A DNA stretch of 64,000 bases, from positions 32,001-96,000 of IMG/VR virus record IMGVR_UViG_3300042013_000067; one strand, written 5' to 3'. A model generated the notes under the pieces. That model did no database searches and had not been told where the DNA came from. It saw nothing but the letters and a program-made list of their open reading frames with translations. A program made the translations under genes and the position numbers. Positions 53,767-61,890 of the stretch are shown here, piece after piece. This DNA is from a virus. Taxonomy: Duplodnaviria; Caudoviricetes. Numbering within the stretch: the stretch's first letter is position 1; each line of letters starts with the position of its first letter.

Positions 53767-54532
53767 GACTACTGGCATCGTATTCACCACTCCGTTCAGC
53801 TCCCTGATCGAACCCCTGAAACAGACCGACCTGGTCAACCTCAAAGCCATGCCGATGGAAAGCATCCCAGCCGGCGCTAACCCGTTTCACCACGATGCCT
53901 CCAGCATGGGCACTAACCTGTCTCGTGGCTGGATGATGATGCATCAAGGTGAGTTCTCGGATCACGGTCTGACTCAACCGTACTTGGTCAACACGGTTAC
54001 AGGTCAACGCTTTCTGCTGAACTTCGAAGCGCAAGAAGACACCTACGTCGATGCCGTGTGGTGTGGCAAGTTGGACATCGACCACGGTGAGCTATACGTG
54101 TGGAGCCGCAGCTACCAGTTCGCTGAGTTCTACACACTGCTCGACCATCTGCGCATCAAGTCGATGGGTAAGCAAGGGTTGGTGCGTGGCTACAAGCATT
54201 CTCCGGTTTATGTCTACGTCGGTGAATACTTCGTGCGTTACGACGTGGTGTGTGATGGTGAGGCATTCGATAAGTGGTGCAAGGAAAACGATCTGCTGAT
54301 CGAACGTGACGACCCTGCGGTCATCGCGGCCAAGCGTTATGAATCGGCACAGTTGATGGTAGCCGCCACCAATGACCAAGTCGGTCCTGTCGTGATCATT
54401 GACGAGGATTCAATCCGTAAACGTCTGGTGTTTGATGAGCGTGAACATACAGCCAATGACGTCCTGCGTGCAAAGCATGGACTGCCAATGGACAAAGGCG
54501 TTACCGTAAGAGTCATTCCAGATGGTGAGTGA
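53753..54532 (+). CDS. Hypothetical protein
   Basis: 259 aa from ATG 53753 with GAGGAGG SD. Confidence 0.8.
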   Translation: MKNTKTTGIVFTTPFSSLIEPLKQTDLVNLKAMPMESIPAGANPFHHDASSMGTNLSRGWMMMHQGEFSDHGLTQPYLVNTVTGQRFLLNFEAQEDTYVDAVWCGKLDIDHGELYVWSRSYQFAEFYTLLDHLRIKSMGKQGLVRGYKHSPVYVYVGEYFVRYDVVCDGEAFDKWCKENDLLIERDDPAVIAAKRYESAQLMVAATNDQVGPVVIIDEDSIRKRLVFDEREHTANDVLRAKHGLPMDKGVTVRVIPDGE

Positions 54533-54570
54533 CGAGTTACAAGTAGTCATTTTCAACTTCCACTAAACAG

Positions 54571-54603
54571 CATAAAGCCGCTCCCTCCGGGGAGCGGACT
54601 ATG
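54571..54603 (+). terminator. CATAAAG-family terminator
   Basis: CATAAAG-CCGCTCCC-TCC-GGGGAGCGG-ACTATG. Confidence 0.75.
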
Positions 54604-54640
54604 ACTGCCACTAACTAAACAGACCCTTAGGGACTAACAA

Positions 54641-54829
54641 ATGAAAACTTTTAAATCCGTGTTCAATGCTCTGGTAGTTGCTGTATCCCTCGGTAGCTCT
54701 GTGTCGGCTGTGGCAGTTATGGTTCAGGTTGGCAACAACCCAACCCCTCAAGTCACTGACGATCGCGTAGTGCTCGGTCATCGCGTAACACCCGGCGGTC
54801 AAGAGGTACTGGTGTACGCACAGCAATAA
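54641..54829 (+). CDS. Small hypothetical protein with signal-peptide-like N-terminus
   Basis: 62 aa, AGGGA SD, MKTFK followed by a hydrophobic stretch. Confidence 0.6.
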   Translation: MKTFKSVFNALVVAVSLGSSVSAVAVMVQVGNNPTPQVTDDRVVLGHRVTPGGQEVLVYAQQ

Positions 54830-54895
54830 CCAAACCAACGTGCATACTTTCATTAGCACGATTAAGATTATCAGAAACTTTTGCGAGAATAGACA

Positions 54896-55129
54896 ATGAG
54901 TGACTTCTTTGAAATGCGTGCTGCCCTTGAGCGTAAGAAAGCTGAGGATGCAGATCGCAAACTGCATGGTCGCATTTATCAGGCCATGTTGGTAATGCTC
55001 ATCGGTGTGGCTTTTGGAGTCACCAGTGGTATTGATCAGCTGGAACAACCAGTGGGTCAAGTAAGTGTTAGTCACTGCAAGCAAGACTGTTTGCGTTCTA
55101 CCTACCTTGTATCAACTACCCACCCGTAA
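54896..55129 (+). CDS. Small membrane protein
   Basis: 77 aa, central hydrophobic helix. Confidence 0.55.
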   Translation: MSDFFEMRAALERKKAEDADRKLHGRIYQAMLVMLIGVAFGVTSGIDQLEQPVGQVSVSHCKQDCLRSTYLVSTTHP

Positions 55130-55140
55130 GGAGTTTCACC

Positions 55141-55482
55141 ATGTCAGTTAAAATCGGTGGCTTTGCCGCCTTCTGTATCGCCCTGGTTATCGCCGGTGGT
55201 GTTGAACGCATCGTTCACACTGTCGTTAACCGCAACAAGTCGGTTTGCTCTCCCCCGACGCCCAAGCAAGATGCATTCTGGGCTGAGTTCGCTACCAAGC
55301 TGGCTGAGCTGCGAGCAGCATCGCCGACCATCTCAGCCGAGGAGCTACCGACCAAGCTGAAGGAAAGCTTGCAAACGGCCTACGACGCAGCACTGGCCGA
55401 GTGCTCAAGTTCCTATGAGGTCGATGGTTTCCTGGAGCAGCTGGACAGGAAACTGGCGGCTCTGGGTCGTCTCTCCGAGTGA
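55141..55482 (+). CDS. Hypothetical protein with N-terminal membrane anchor
   Basis: 113 aa, AAGGAG SD. Confidence 0.75.
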   Translation: MSVKIGGFAAFCIALVIAGGVERIVHTVVNRNKSVCSPPTPKQDAFWAEFATKLAELRAASPTISAEELPTKLKESLQTAYDAALAECSSSYEVDGFLEQLDRKLAALGRLSE

Positions 55483-55488
55483 CCACCA

Positions 55489-55520
55489 CCCACCTCTGTA
55501 AAGGGGTGGGATTTATTCCT
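55489..55520 (+). terminator. Intrinsic terminator
   Basis: CCCACCTCT-GTAA-AGGGGTGGG followed by ATTTATT. Confidence 0.65.
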
Positions 55521-55564
55521 TGTATCGCAATACTTTTTATCTAACCAACCATAGGTGATACGCA

Positions 55565-55939
55565 ATGACTAATGAAGCAAACAGACCACAGCACCTCAAT
55601 GGGGTCACCCTTAAAGAAATGGCTGATCACGCCTGTACACTGGCCGCACTCGGGTACGGACACTGGCACCGCTGGGAGTTCGCTAAGCACACTGGAGTGG
55701 TTTACGCCACTGATACGTACTGTGTGTTCTTCAATGCTAAAGGAGTTGCTTTCACTGGCAGCTTTAGTGTGTTTGCAAACACACGTTACAAAACTCGTTT
55801 CATGGATATCGCTACGGCGTTACACGCCAAGCAAAAGGATCTGGGGCCACTCTTCGAAAACATGGATGAGTTGATCATCGGTGAAGACGGGTGTACTCTG
55901 GACGCTGACTCACTCGACGTATTTTGCGCTAGTCTTTAA
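55565..55939 (+). CDS. Hypothetical protein
   Basis: 124 aa, AGGTG SD. Confidence 0.7.
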   Translation: MTNEANRPQHLNGVTLKEMADHACTLAALGYGHWHRWEFAKHTGVVYATDTYCVFFNAKGVAFTGSFSVFANTRYKTRFMDIATALHAKQKDLGPLFENMDELIIGEDGCTLDADSLDVFCASL

Positions 55940-55952
55940 TAGGAGTCTTACA

Positions 55953-56273
55953 GTGAACTACTACGAAATAATGATGTTTGTTTTATACTCCCCATGGGGT
56001 TGGGCTATCATCGGTGTATTGCTGGCGACCTTTATCTTTGCCAACATAATGGTCGATGCAACAACCAACATCGAACAGGCAACCATCTTGGTCATCGATC
56101 CTGATGGCCCATATCCGGACTTAACCCGTGAAGCATTCCATAGCCTCGCGCAAGATATCCCACTATACGAAACCAGAGCGTTCTGGGCCTACACACGAGC
56201 TGTCGCAGTAATTACCTTGATTGTCATCGTGTGTGTTCCGTTCTTCTTCACGTACTCAGGCTACGCCAGCTAA
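55953..56273 (+). CDS. Two-helix membrane protein
   Basis: GTG at 55953 with AGGAG SD; two hydrophobic segments. Confidence 0.7.
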   Translation: MNYYEIMMFVLYSPWGWAIIGVLLATFIFANIMVDATTNIEQATILVIDPDGPYPDLTREAFHSLAQDIPLYETRAFWAYTRAVAVITLIVIVCVPFFFTYSGYAS

Positions 56274-56286
56274 CTACCCATGACGA

Positions 56287-56335
56287 CATAAAGCCCCTCC
56301 CTAACCGGGAGGGGCCTATGCCGCTTTTTCTTTTT
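56287..56335. terminator. Bidirectional CATAAAG-family terminator, near-identical to 16215-16263
   Basis: CATAAAGCCCCTCCC-TAACC-GGGAGGGGCCTATG plus T tract. Confidence 0.85.
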
Positions 56336-56795
56336 AGCCGCCGTAGTCAGCGTAGATCGTACAATCTGCTTTGGCCTCGTAGCGCACGTAGTTGTTGGCG
56401 TCCGTCAACACGATCTGGTAGCAGACATGGACATTCAAGCCCAAGCGCTGCCAGTAAGCCTCGAACACACCCCAGTTCTCGATGGCAAGGTCAGGGTGAA
56501 CCACTGCGGCCTGAGTCTTGAACTCAGCCATGAAGTGATGCATGTTATCCCGACGGATGTAGATGTAGATCGGCTTACGTTTTTCTGGATAGCGAACCTG
56601 GTGTTGAATGGTTACCAGAATCTCCCGTACGAAGTTCTCGTAGTTCCTGTCCTCCCTCGGAATGATTCGAGCAACCGCCTGTAGGAAGTAGTGGGGATTG
56701 ACCCGACATTCTTCCAGAATCATTCCCTTCTGCTCAAGGGTCAACATAGGGTCGAATGGATCGACCCCTTCCAGCTTCGAGTTGCTCAGTGTCAT
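56334..56795 (-). CDS. Hypothetical protein whose N-terminus resembles a segment of the chimallivirus large terminase
   Basis: LEGVDPFDPMLTLEQKGMILEECRVNPHYFLQAVARI; ATGA overlap with the helicase stop. Confidence 0.65.
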   Translation of the reverse strand: MTLSNSKLEGVDPFDPMLTLEQKGMILEECRVNPHYFLQAVARIIPREDRNYENFVREILVTIQHQVRYPEKRKPIYIYIRRDNMHHFMAEFKTQAAVVHPDLAIENWGVFEAYWQRLGLNVHVCYQIVLTDANNYVRYEAKADCTIYADYGG

Positions 56796-58330
56796 GCTGC
56801 CTCCCACCATGGGTTCTCATCCTCAGTACCGGCACGACCACCACCTGGAGCAGCAACACTACGGTCTTCACCATCGATATCCCAAGGGATTGTACCGATG
56901 ACTTCAAACGGCAGTACAGCGTACTGATCTTTAGATGCAGTCACGTTGTTACGGTGTTTACCACGTGCAATGGTCAGGTACTTCCGACCATTGACTTCGA
57001 CGATGTGGATCATCAGCTCTAGGTCTGGTTCTTGACCTAGACGCTTACAGCCATCGTAGTAGCCCTTGTTAGCCACGTTACGGACAAAGTCATCGACGTT
57101 GTCACGAATGAGCAACAGAGCTTCCGAGGAGAGCTGGTGTGGGGTGAGGAAGGTGATGCCGCGTGGCGAGGTGTAGTTACGCACACGACGGAACAACAGA
57201 CGAATGTCATCACCTGCTACCTTAGCATCCAAGCCGGTCTTCGGCAGCATGTTCAGGTAGTCGACGATCAACATCTGGATCTCGTAGCCTTCAGCGATCA
57301 GGCCATCCAAATGTTGAGTCAGCGATGCAGCAGAGAACTCGGTCGGGTCGAAGCGATCCATCCGAACTTCGAAGCCAGTCTCACGCAGTCGTGCCGAGAC
57401 ATAAGCCGAAGCTTCTTGAATGTTGATCTGATCTTCGATAACCGGTTGACCAGTCTCGTTCTCCTTGAGGTACTTATACACCCACAACAGGTTGTCAGCC
57501 ACCTCGTTCTCAAACGAGATAAACTGAATCAGAGGTTTCTTGGTGACGTCTCGCATCACTGGCTTGTTGAACAAGCAGAAGTGAACGAACAGCGACATCA
57601 TAAAGCCAGACTTGAACTGGTGCTGCAAACCACCGACGATGCCAAACTCACCGCGCTTGACTGCACCGATCTTACCCAGCATCCGGTTCAGGCATTGCCA
57701 GCCAGTACGGAAGGCACCTTCAGTCGACAGCAGGTCTTTAACTGCACCAAACTGTTCTTCTAGAGCCGCTAGATCCGAGAAGTCCATCCCACCCATTTGT
57801 GCCGGGTGGTTCAGCCGCTCACGTGCTGTGATGTAGGGTTCCAACCGCATGCCCATCTCAGCCATCTCGGTAACCACATCGGCTACAGAGCTACGCTTAA
57901 AGGTGAGCTTGTGGTGGTATTCCTTAAGGATGCTGGTGATGGTTGCTTCGTTTAGGTAAGCCGAAAGCTTACGACGATATGAGTGAATACGTTTAATGAT
58001 CTCCGACGAATCGGTAAACGTTTCGGTCAATGCAATAGCCAACGCTTCGTAGAGGTAGTCTTCCTCACGGCAGGCTACCTTCAACTGCTGAAGGATTTCA
58101 GTGTCAGTTGGGAAGTCGTCTGTACGCTGAGCGCACAGCCAGACCACAATCTTGTAGACCTCGGTAAAGATCTGACGACCACTGTCGATATCAATCGTGG
58201 TCTCAGGTTGCGGGAGCGAGTTGACGATCTCGGTGATGATATTGGTGGACGGAGAAGTAGCCACCCCAGGACGATGTTCGAGGCACAACAAGCTAATGCA
58301 CTGGATTAGTAGCTGTTTAGGAGTAAACAT
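56792..58330 (-). CDS. dnaB: DnaB-like replicative helicase (phiKZ gp118-like)
   Basis: FRTGWQCLNRMLG, variant Walker A GGLQHQFKSG, ISFEN, LIVDYLNML, TPHQLS, RGKHR. Confidence 0.88.
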   Translation of the reverse strand: MFTPKQLLIQCISLLCLEHRPGVATSPSTNIITEIVNSLPQPETTIDIDSGRQIFTEVYKIVVWLCAQRTDDFPTDTEILQQLKVACREEDYLYEALAIALTETFTDSSEIIKRIHSYRRKLSAYLNEATITSILKEYHHKLTFKRSSVADVVTEMAEMGMRLEPYITARERLNHPAQMGGMDFSDLAALEEQFGAVKDLLSTEGAFRTGWQCLNRMLGKIGAVKRGEFGIVGGLQHQFKSGFMMSLFVHFCLFNKPVMRDVTKKPLIQFISFENEVADNLLWVYKYLKENETGQPVIEDQINIQEASAYVSARLRETGFEVRMDRFDPTEFSAASLTQHLDGLIAEGYEIQMLIVDYLNMLPKTGLDAKVAGDDIRLLFRRVRNYTSPRGITFLTPHQLSSEALLLIRDNVDDFVRNVANKGYYDGCKRLGQEPDLELMIHIVEVNGRKYLTIARGKHRNNVTASKDQYAVLPFEVIGTIPWDIDGEDRSVAAPGGGRAGTEDENPWWEAA

Positions 58331-58461
58331 TTATTTTGTAATCCGTAACCGAGTGTTTTTACTAACGTATCATCTATCGTGTCTGTATTAGTTTGTAGAG
58401 TATATTTGTATGAAGGTTTTGACACCCAAGAAAGCCTATGTTTCCCCCAGGTGAACGCGAT

Positions 58462-58971
58462 ATGACTACGTTAGTGGTAGTACCGAAGGACGTCGCCGCC
58501 GTCATTGAAGGCCAGGGTCTGAACTTTGACCTCTTCAAAGATACCAACAGTATGTTGAAGTATCTGTCCGCTGCTGACGTGGCCGACATCGTGATTGCGT
58601 CGAACGACTTCCCTTTCGATTACGGTTCCATGTTTACTATTGATATGGAACAAAAGCTGCATGAGTACATGCAGACCAACGAACTTGCCGATAAAGCGCG
58701 CCGGATCCAGAGTCGTATTGAAACCGCCCAGCTCAAGTTTGCTGCGGAGGTTGATCACTTTGTGTCGTCGTATCAGCTTTATTGTGTAGACGAGAAGTTA
58801 TGGGTTGCGGTGCAGCAGAGGCAGCACATCGGTGATAGCGATCCTAAACGGCTACTCCTGAAAGTGAACAGCGCGTTCTTTGACGCACTGCTTGCTCAAG
58901 CATTGCATACTACATCTTTTGAGAAAGTGTGCGCCACCAACCTGTTCAACGATTATTTGAGCTCGCTCTGA
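58462..58971 (+). CDS. Conserved protein upstream of the capsid gene (phiKZ gp119-like)
   Basis: 169 aa, AGGTG SD, synteny. Confidence 0.7.
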   Translation: MTTLVVVPKDVAAVIEGQGLNFDLFKDTNSMLKYLSAADVADIVIASNDFPFDYGSMFTIDMEQKLHEYMQTNELADKARRIQSRIETAQLKFAAEVDHFVSSYQLYCVDEKLWVAVQQRQHIGDSDPKRLLLKVNSAFFDALLAQALHTTSFEKVCATNLFNDYLSSL

Positions 58972-58981
58972 TTTGTACACT

Positions 58982-58985
58982 TATG
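58982..58985 (+). promoter_or_regulatory. Putative late nvRNAP promoter (TATG) for the capsid gene
   Basis: TATG in an AT-rich spacer 76 nt upstream of the MCP start; TATG is the known phiKZ late consensus. Confidence 0.4.
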
Positions 58986-59060
58986 TGTATGGGTTCGTGC
59001 CTGTTTAGGTAACCCTGCTTAAGCAGCAAAACAGAAAACTCCTCTATAGGGAACCGTTCC

Positions 59061-61277
59061 ATGGAAAACATCAAGCAAATCTTCGCTAAACGCAACAGCG
59101 TTGGCGTAGCCTTCAGCGTGCAGGCTCTGGTAAAGAACCTGGATGCGAACATCGAAGCAGCTGGTTCCACCCTGCGCATCAACGCCGACATGGCCGAACG
59201 CGTTTCGAACGAAGACTTCGGTGCTGCCGACGTCGGCGACAAGATCGATAACGTCTACGAGGCCCTGGGCCGCGAGCTGGCTACTCTGTCTTTCGAAGCG
59301 TTCAACGCCGAGCGTAAAGGCGACGCAGCCCGCATCAGCGAAAACATGCAGGTTGCTGCTACCATCGGCCTGTTCGGCGCATCGAACGAAGGCGCGTACA
59401 AGAAAGCCCTGTTGGCCTCGACTCGCGCTATCAGCTCCAGCGACCAAAACATCATTGTTGCCAAAGGCAACATGGTCGGCGCCAGCGGCACCATCCCGGC
59501 ATTCGGTGAAGGCGTCTCCCTGGAAAACTACAACGAGAAGTCCTCGCGTGACTTCCGCGTCGTTACCGCGGCCTACAACCTGAGCTCCTCGCGTCAGGAT
59601 GCCTTCTCTGAAGCCATCTACCGCACCACTCTGGTTAACGCCCAAGAAGGCGGCGCCGTTCAGATCGTGCCATACGTGGCCCTGCTGAAAGACGTATACC
59701 ACAAAACCACCGGTGCCAAGTTCGACACCAAAGAAGTGAACGTTGTCGACGCTTACCGCGATCCTTCGATCCTGGACCAAGAATCGACCATGCTGATCCC
59801 AGCCGTTGCTGCTGGTAACGCTGTGCACTTCGTTGCCCCTGGCGACGTGGCCGTGGTTGCGAAGACCGACGAGCGTGGCGGTAGCTACAACACTGCTCCT
59901 CTGAAGTTCGGCGCCAAGTTCGACCTGATCGGTATCTCGAACCACAACGCCCTGGTTGGCTCCGGCGTACTGGATCTGTCCGACACCATCGACCCTGCCG
60001 GTTCCATGAAGAACCTGTACATCAAGTCGGCTGGTAATGGCACCGAGCCTGCCCAGGTTCTGAAGTTCAAAACCGACAAACTGCCTTCGGCTACTTTCGT
60101 ACCGAAGCTGGTCGGCGATACCCGCAACATCGCGGTGAGCTTCGAAACTGAAAAGCTGAAAATCGTCGGCGGTAGTCGCGGCGTGGGCGGCGGTACTCTG
60201 GAAGCGATCACCGAGCTGGACGCTGCCAAGTGGACCGTACTGCTGAGCATCAAAGTTGACGGTACCATCTCGGTATCCCGTGGCCAGTGCCAGTTCATCT
60301 CCGGCCCGGTTACCATCGAAGGTATCCGCGACGAAGACGGCGGCGTGGTCGACCACACCTCCGGTGCCGGTGCTGCCCTGGTTGCCAAGTTCGGCGCGCT
60401 GACCGCTATCGGTTACGACCTCGACGCTCGCTTCACCAACACCAACAAACGTAAACGCGGCCAGCTGATCCAGACCCGTGCGGTGCAATTCCGCTACCCA
60501 ATCTGGATGCACTCCCCAGTTACCCTGCCACTGTCCGTAATGGACGAGCAAGGTCCAGGCGAAGTTGCACGTGCTCTGACCGTCGTTACCGACATCCGCA
60601 ACAGTGCCAACGCCGCTACCGCTGCGCTGAACTACGTTGCCCAGCTGAAAGAAGTGGTTGGCGATTCCTCGGCCGTGGCTGAGTTCGGCGACGTAGAAGG
60701 TGCCCTGAGCATCATGATGCGTCCTACCTACCGCTACCACAAGCTGGTCCTGACCGGTAGCCTCGACACCATCCGTTCCGGCGACCGCTGGACCGACGTG
60801 ACCGAAGCGCTGCTGAACACCATCAAAGGTCTGCTGTTCCCAGCATACCGCGACTCGAACATCGAGAGCGTGTTCCAGGTGGTATCGGGCAACATCGACG
60901 AACGTCCGAAGTTCCTGATCTGCACCGACCGCGAAATCGCCAACTACCTGCAACAGGTCGGCGATAACCGTACTCTGGGTGCATACCTGAAGTACGACGT
61001 TGTTGCTACCAACAACAAGAAGTTCGACGGCAAGATCCTCGTGATCCCAACCCGTGAGAACCCAGGCGAGAACGACGTTCTGAGCTGGGGTCAGTTCTTC
61101 TTCGTACCAACCATCGTCGGCGACATGCCGATCGCTCGTGATGGCCAGACCTCCCGCGAAATCACCGCGGTACCGTTCAACCGTCACGTCAACAACATCC
61201 CATTCGCGATCGAGATCGATGTTGAAGGTCTGCGCGAAGTGATGTCCACCTCGCTGTACAACGCTATCCTGCCTTAA
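59061..61277 (+). CDS. Major capsid protein precursor (phiKZ gp120-like)
   Basis: 738 aa, extreme codon bias, propeptide ending at VSLE followed by NYNEK, AYNL.SSRQDAF.E, position between dnaB and gp123. Confidence 0.9.
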   Translation: MENIKQIFAKRNSVGVAFSVQALVKNLDANIEAAGSTLRINADMAERVSNEDFGAADVGDKIDNVYEALGRELATLSFEAFNAERKGDAARISENMQVAATIGLFGASNEGAYKKALLASTRAISSSDQNIIVAKGNMVGASGTIPAFGEGVSLENYNEKSSRDFRVVTAAYNLSSSRQDAFSEAIYRTTLVNAQEGGAVQIVPYVALLKDVYHKTTGAKFDTKEVNVVDAYRDPSILDQESTMLIPAVAAGNAVHFVAPGDVAVVAKTDERGGSYNTAPLKFGAKFDLIGISNHNALVGSGVLDLSDTIDPAGSMKNLYIKSAGNGTEPAQVLKFKTDKLPSATFVPKLVGDTRNIAVSFETEKLKIVGGSRGVGGGTLEAITELDAAKWTVLLSIKVDGTISVSRGQCQFISGPVTIEGIRDEDGGVVDHTSGAGAALVAKFGALTAIGYDLDARFTNTNKRKRGQLIQTRAVQFRYPIWMHSPVTLPLSVMDEQGPGEVARALTVVTDIRNSANAATAALNYVAQLKEVVGDSSAVAEFGDVEGALSIMMRPTYRYHKLVLTGSLDTIRSGDRWTDVTEALLNTIKGLLFPAYRDSNIESVFQVVSGNIDERPKFLICTDREIANYLQQVGDNRTLGAYLKYDVVATNNKKFDGKILVIPTRENPGENDVLSWGQFFFVPTIVGDMPIARDGQTSREITAVPFNRHVNNIPFAIEIDVEGLREVMSTSLYNAILP

Positions 61278-61320
61278 GCTTAGGCTTCGGCGGTAAGTGT
61301 AGTGCACAGAGTGAAATAAG

Positions 61321-61357
61321 CATAAAGCCCCCGCCTGCAATGGTCGGGGGCTTTATG
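61321..61357 (+). terminator. CATAAAG-family terminator after the MCP gene
   Basis: CATAAAGCCCCCG...CGGGGGCTTTATG. Confidence 0.8.
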
Positions 61358-61380
61358 CCGTGTTTCGAAATAAATAGGGA

Positions 61381-61400
61381 TATATATCATTCCCGTGACC
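61381..61400 (+). promoter_or_regulatory. Putative early promoter
   Basis: TATATCATtcccGTG after an A-rich tract; heads the operon containing the gp123-like subunit. Confidence 0.55.
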
Positions 61401-61438
61401 CTCTGCCTGTAACGGCATCCACTTAAGGATCACGCCCA

Positions 61439-61876
61439 ATGAATTTCTTCCTTAAAGTAGCTGCTGCTTATCAGGCAGTACGTTTCACGATGGAATTATG
61501 TCGTGAAGCAAAGCAATTAAAAGCCCAAGCTAGACCGGTAGAGCCGACTCCTCCGAGTGAGAATAGTGGCCATTTGGTAATGCCTGAAAAAGAAAATACT
61601 CTGGACGTTAATAAAATAGGTGTCAGCTCGTCAGCTGGCTCTATACCTGGTTATGACGATCCTGGGTTTATACCGGAAGCTGTTGAGGGAGATTCCCTCG
61701 GAAAATCCACAGGGCGAATCGGAGTCGATAAAGACTGCTCCGCCGGTTCGCCTATTGTGGAGCAGCAGCATTCCAAAAAGAAACCTAGGGCGCGCAAGAA
61801 GCGGGCGCGTATTCGTCAGGCGATCCCCAGATTCACCATAGTCGAACCGACGCTGGTGTCTGTGGAGATTCGTTAA
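61439..61876 (+). CDS. Hypothetical, largely disordered protein with a basic patch
   Basis: 145 aa, AAGGA SD, atypical AT-rich codons, HSKKKPRARKKRARIR. Confidence 0.6.
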   Translation: MNFFLKVAAAYQAVRFTMELCREAKQLKAQARPVEPTPPSENSGHLVMPEKENTLDVNKIGVSSSAGSIPGYDDPGFIPEAVEGDSLGKSTGRIGVDKDCSAGSPIVEQQHSKKKPRARKKRARIRQAIPRFTIVEPTLVSVEIR

Positions 61877-61890
61877 CAGGACAGCTTAAG

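Noticed and set aside
56792-58330. Non-canonical Walker A (GGLQHQFKSG) suggesting a dead helicase
   Set aside because: As recalled, this variant is typical of phiKZ-like DnaB proteins; the lysine and other motifs are intact
61270-61320. Readthrough or frameshift extension of the capsid protein
   Set aside because: TAA is followed by an in-frame TAG two codons later, no slippery heptamer, and a terminator follows within 45 nt
59019-61340. 773-aa antisense ORF opposite the major capsid gene
   Set aside because: Shadow of strong codon bias on the coding strand; no SD, motifs or operon context
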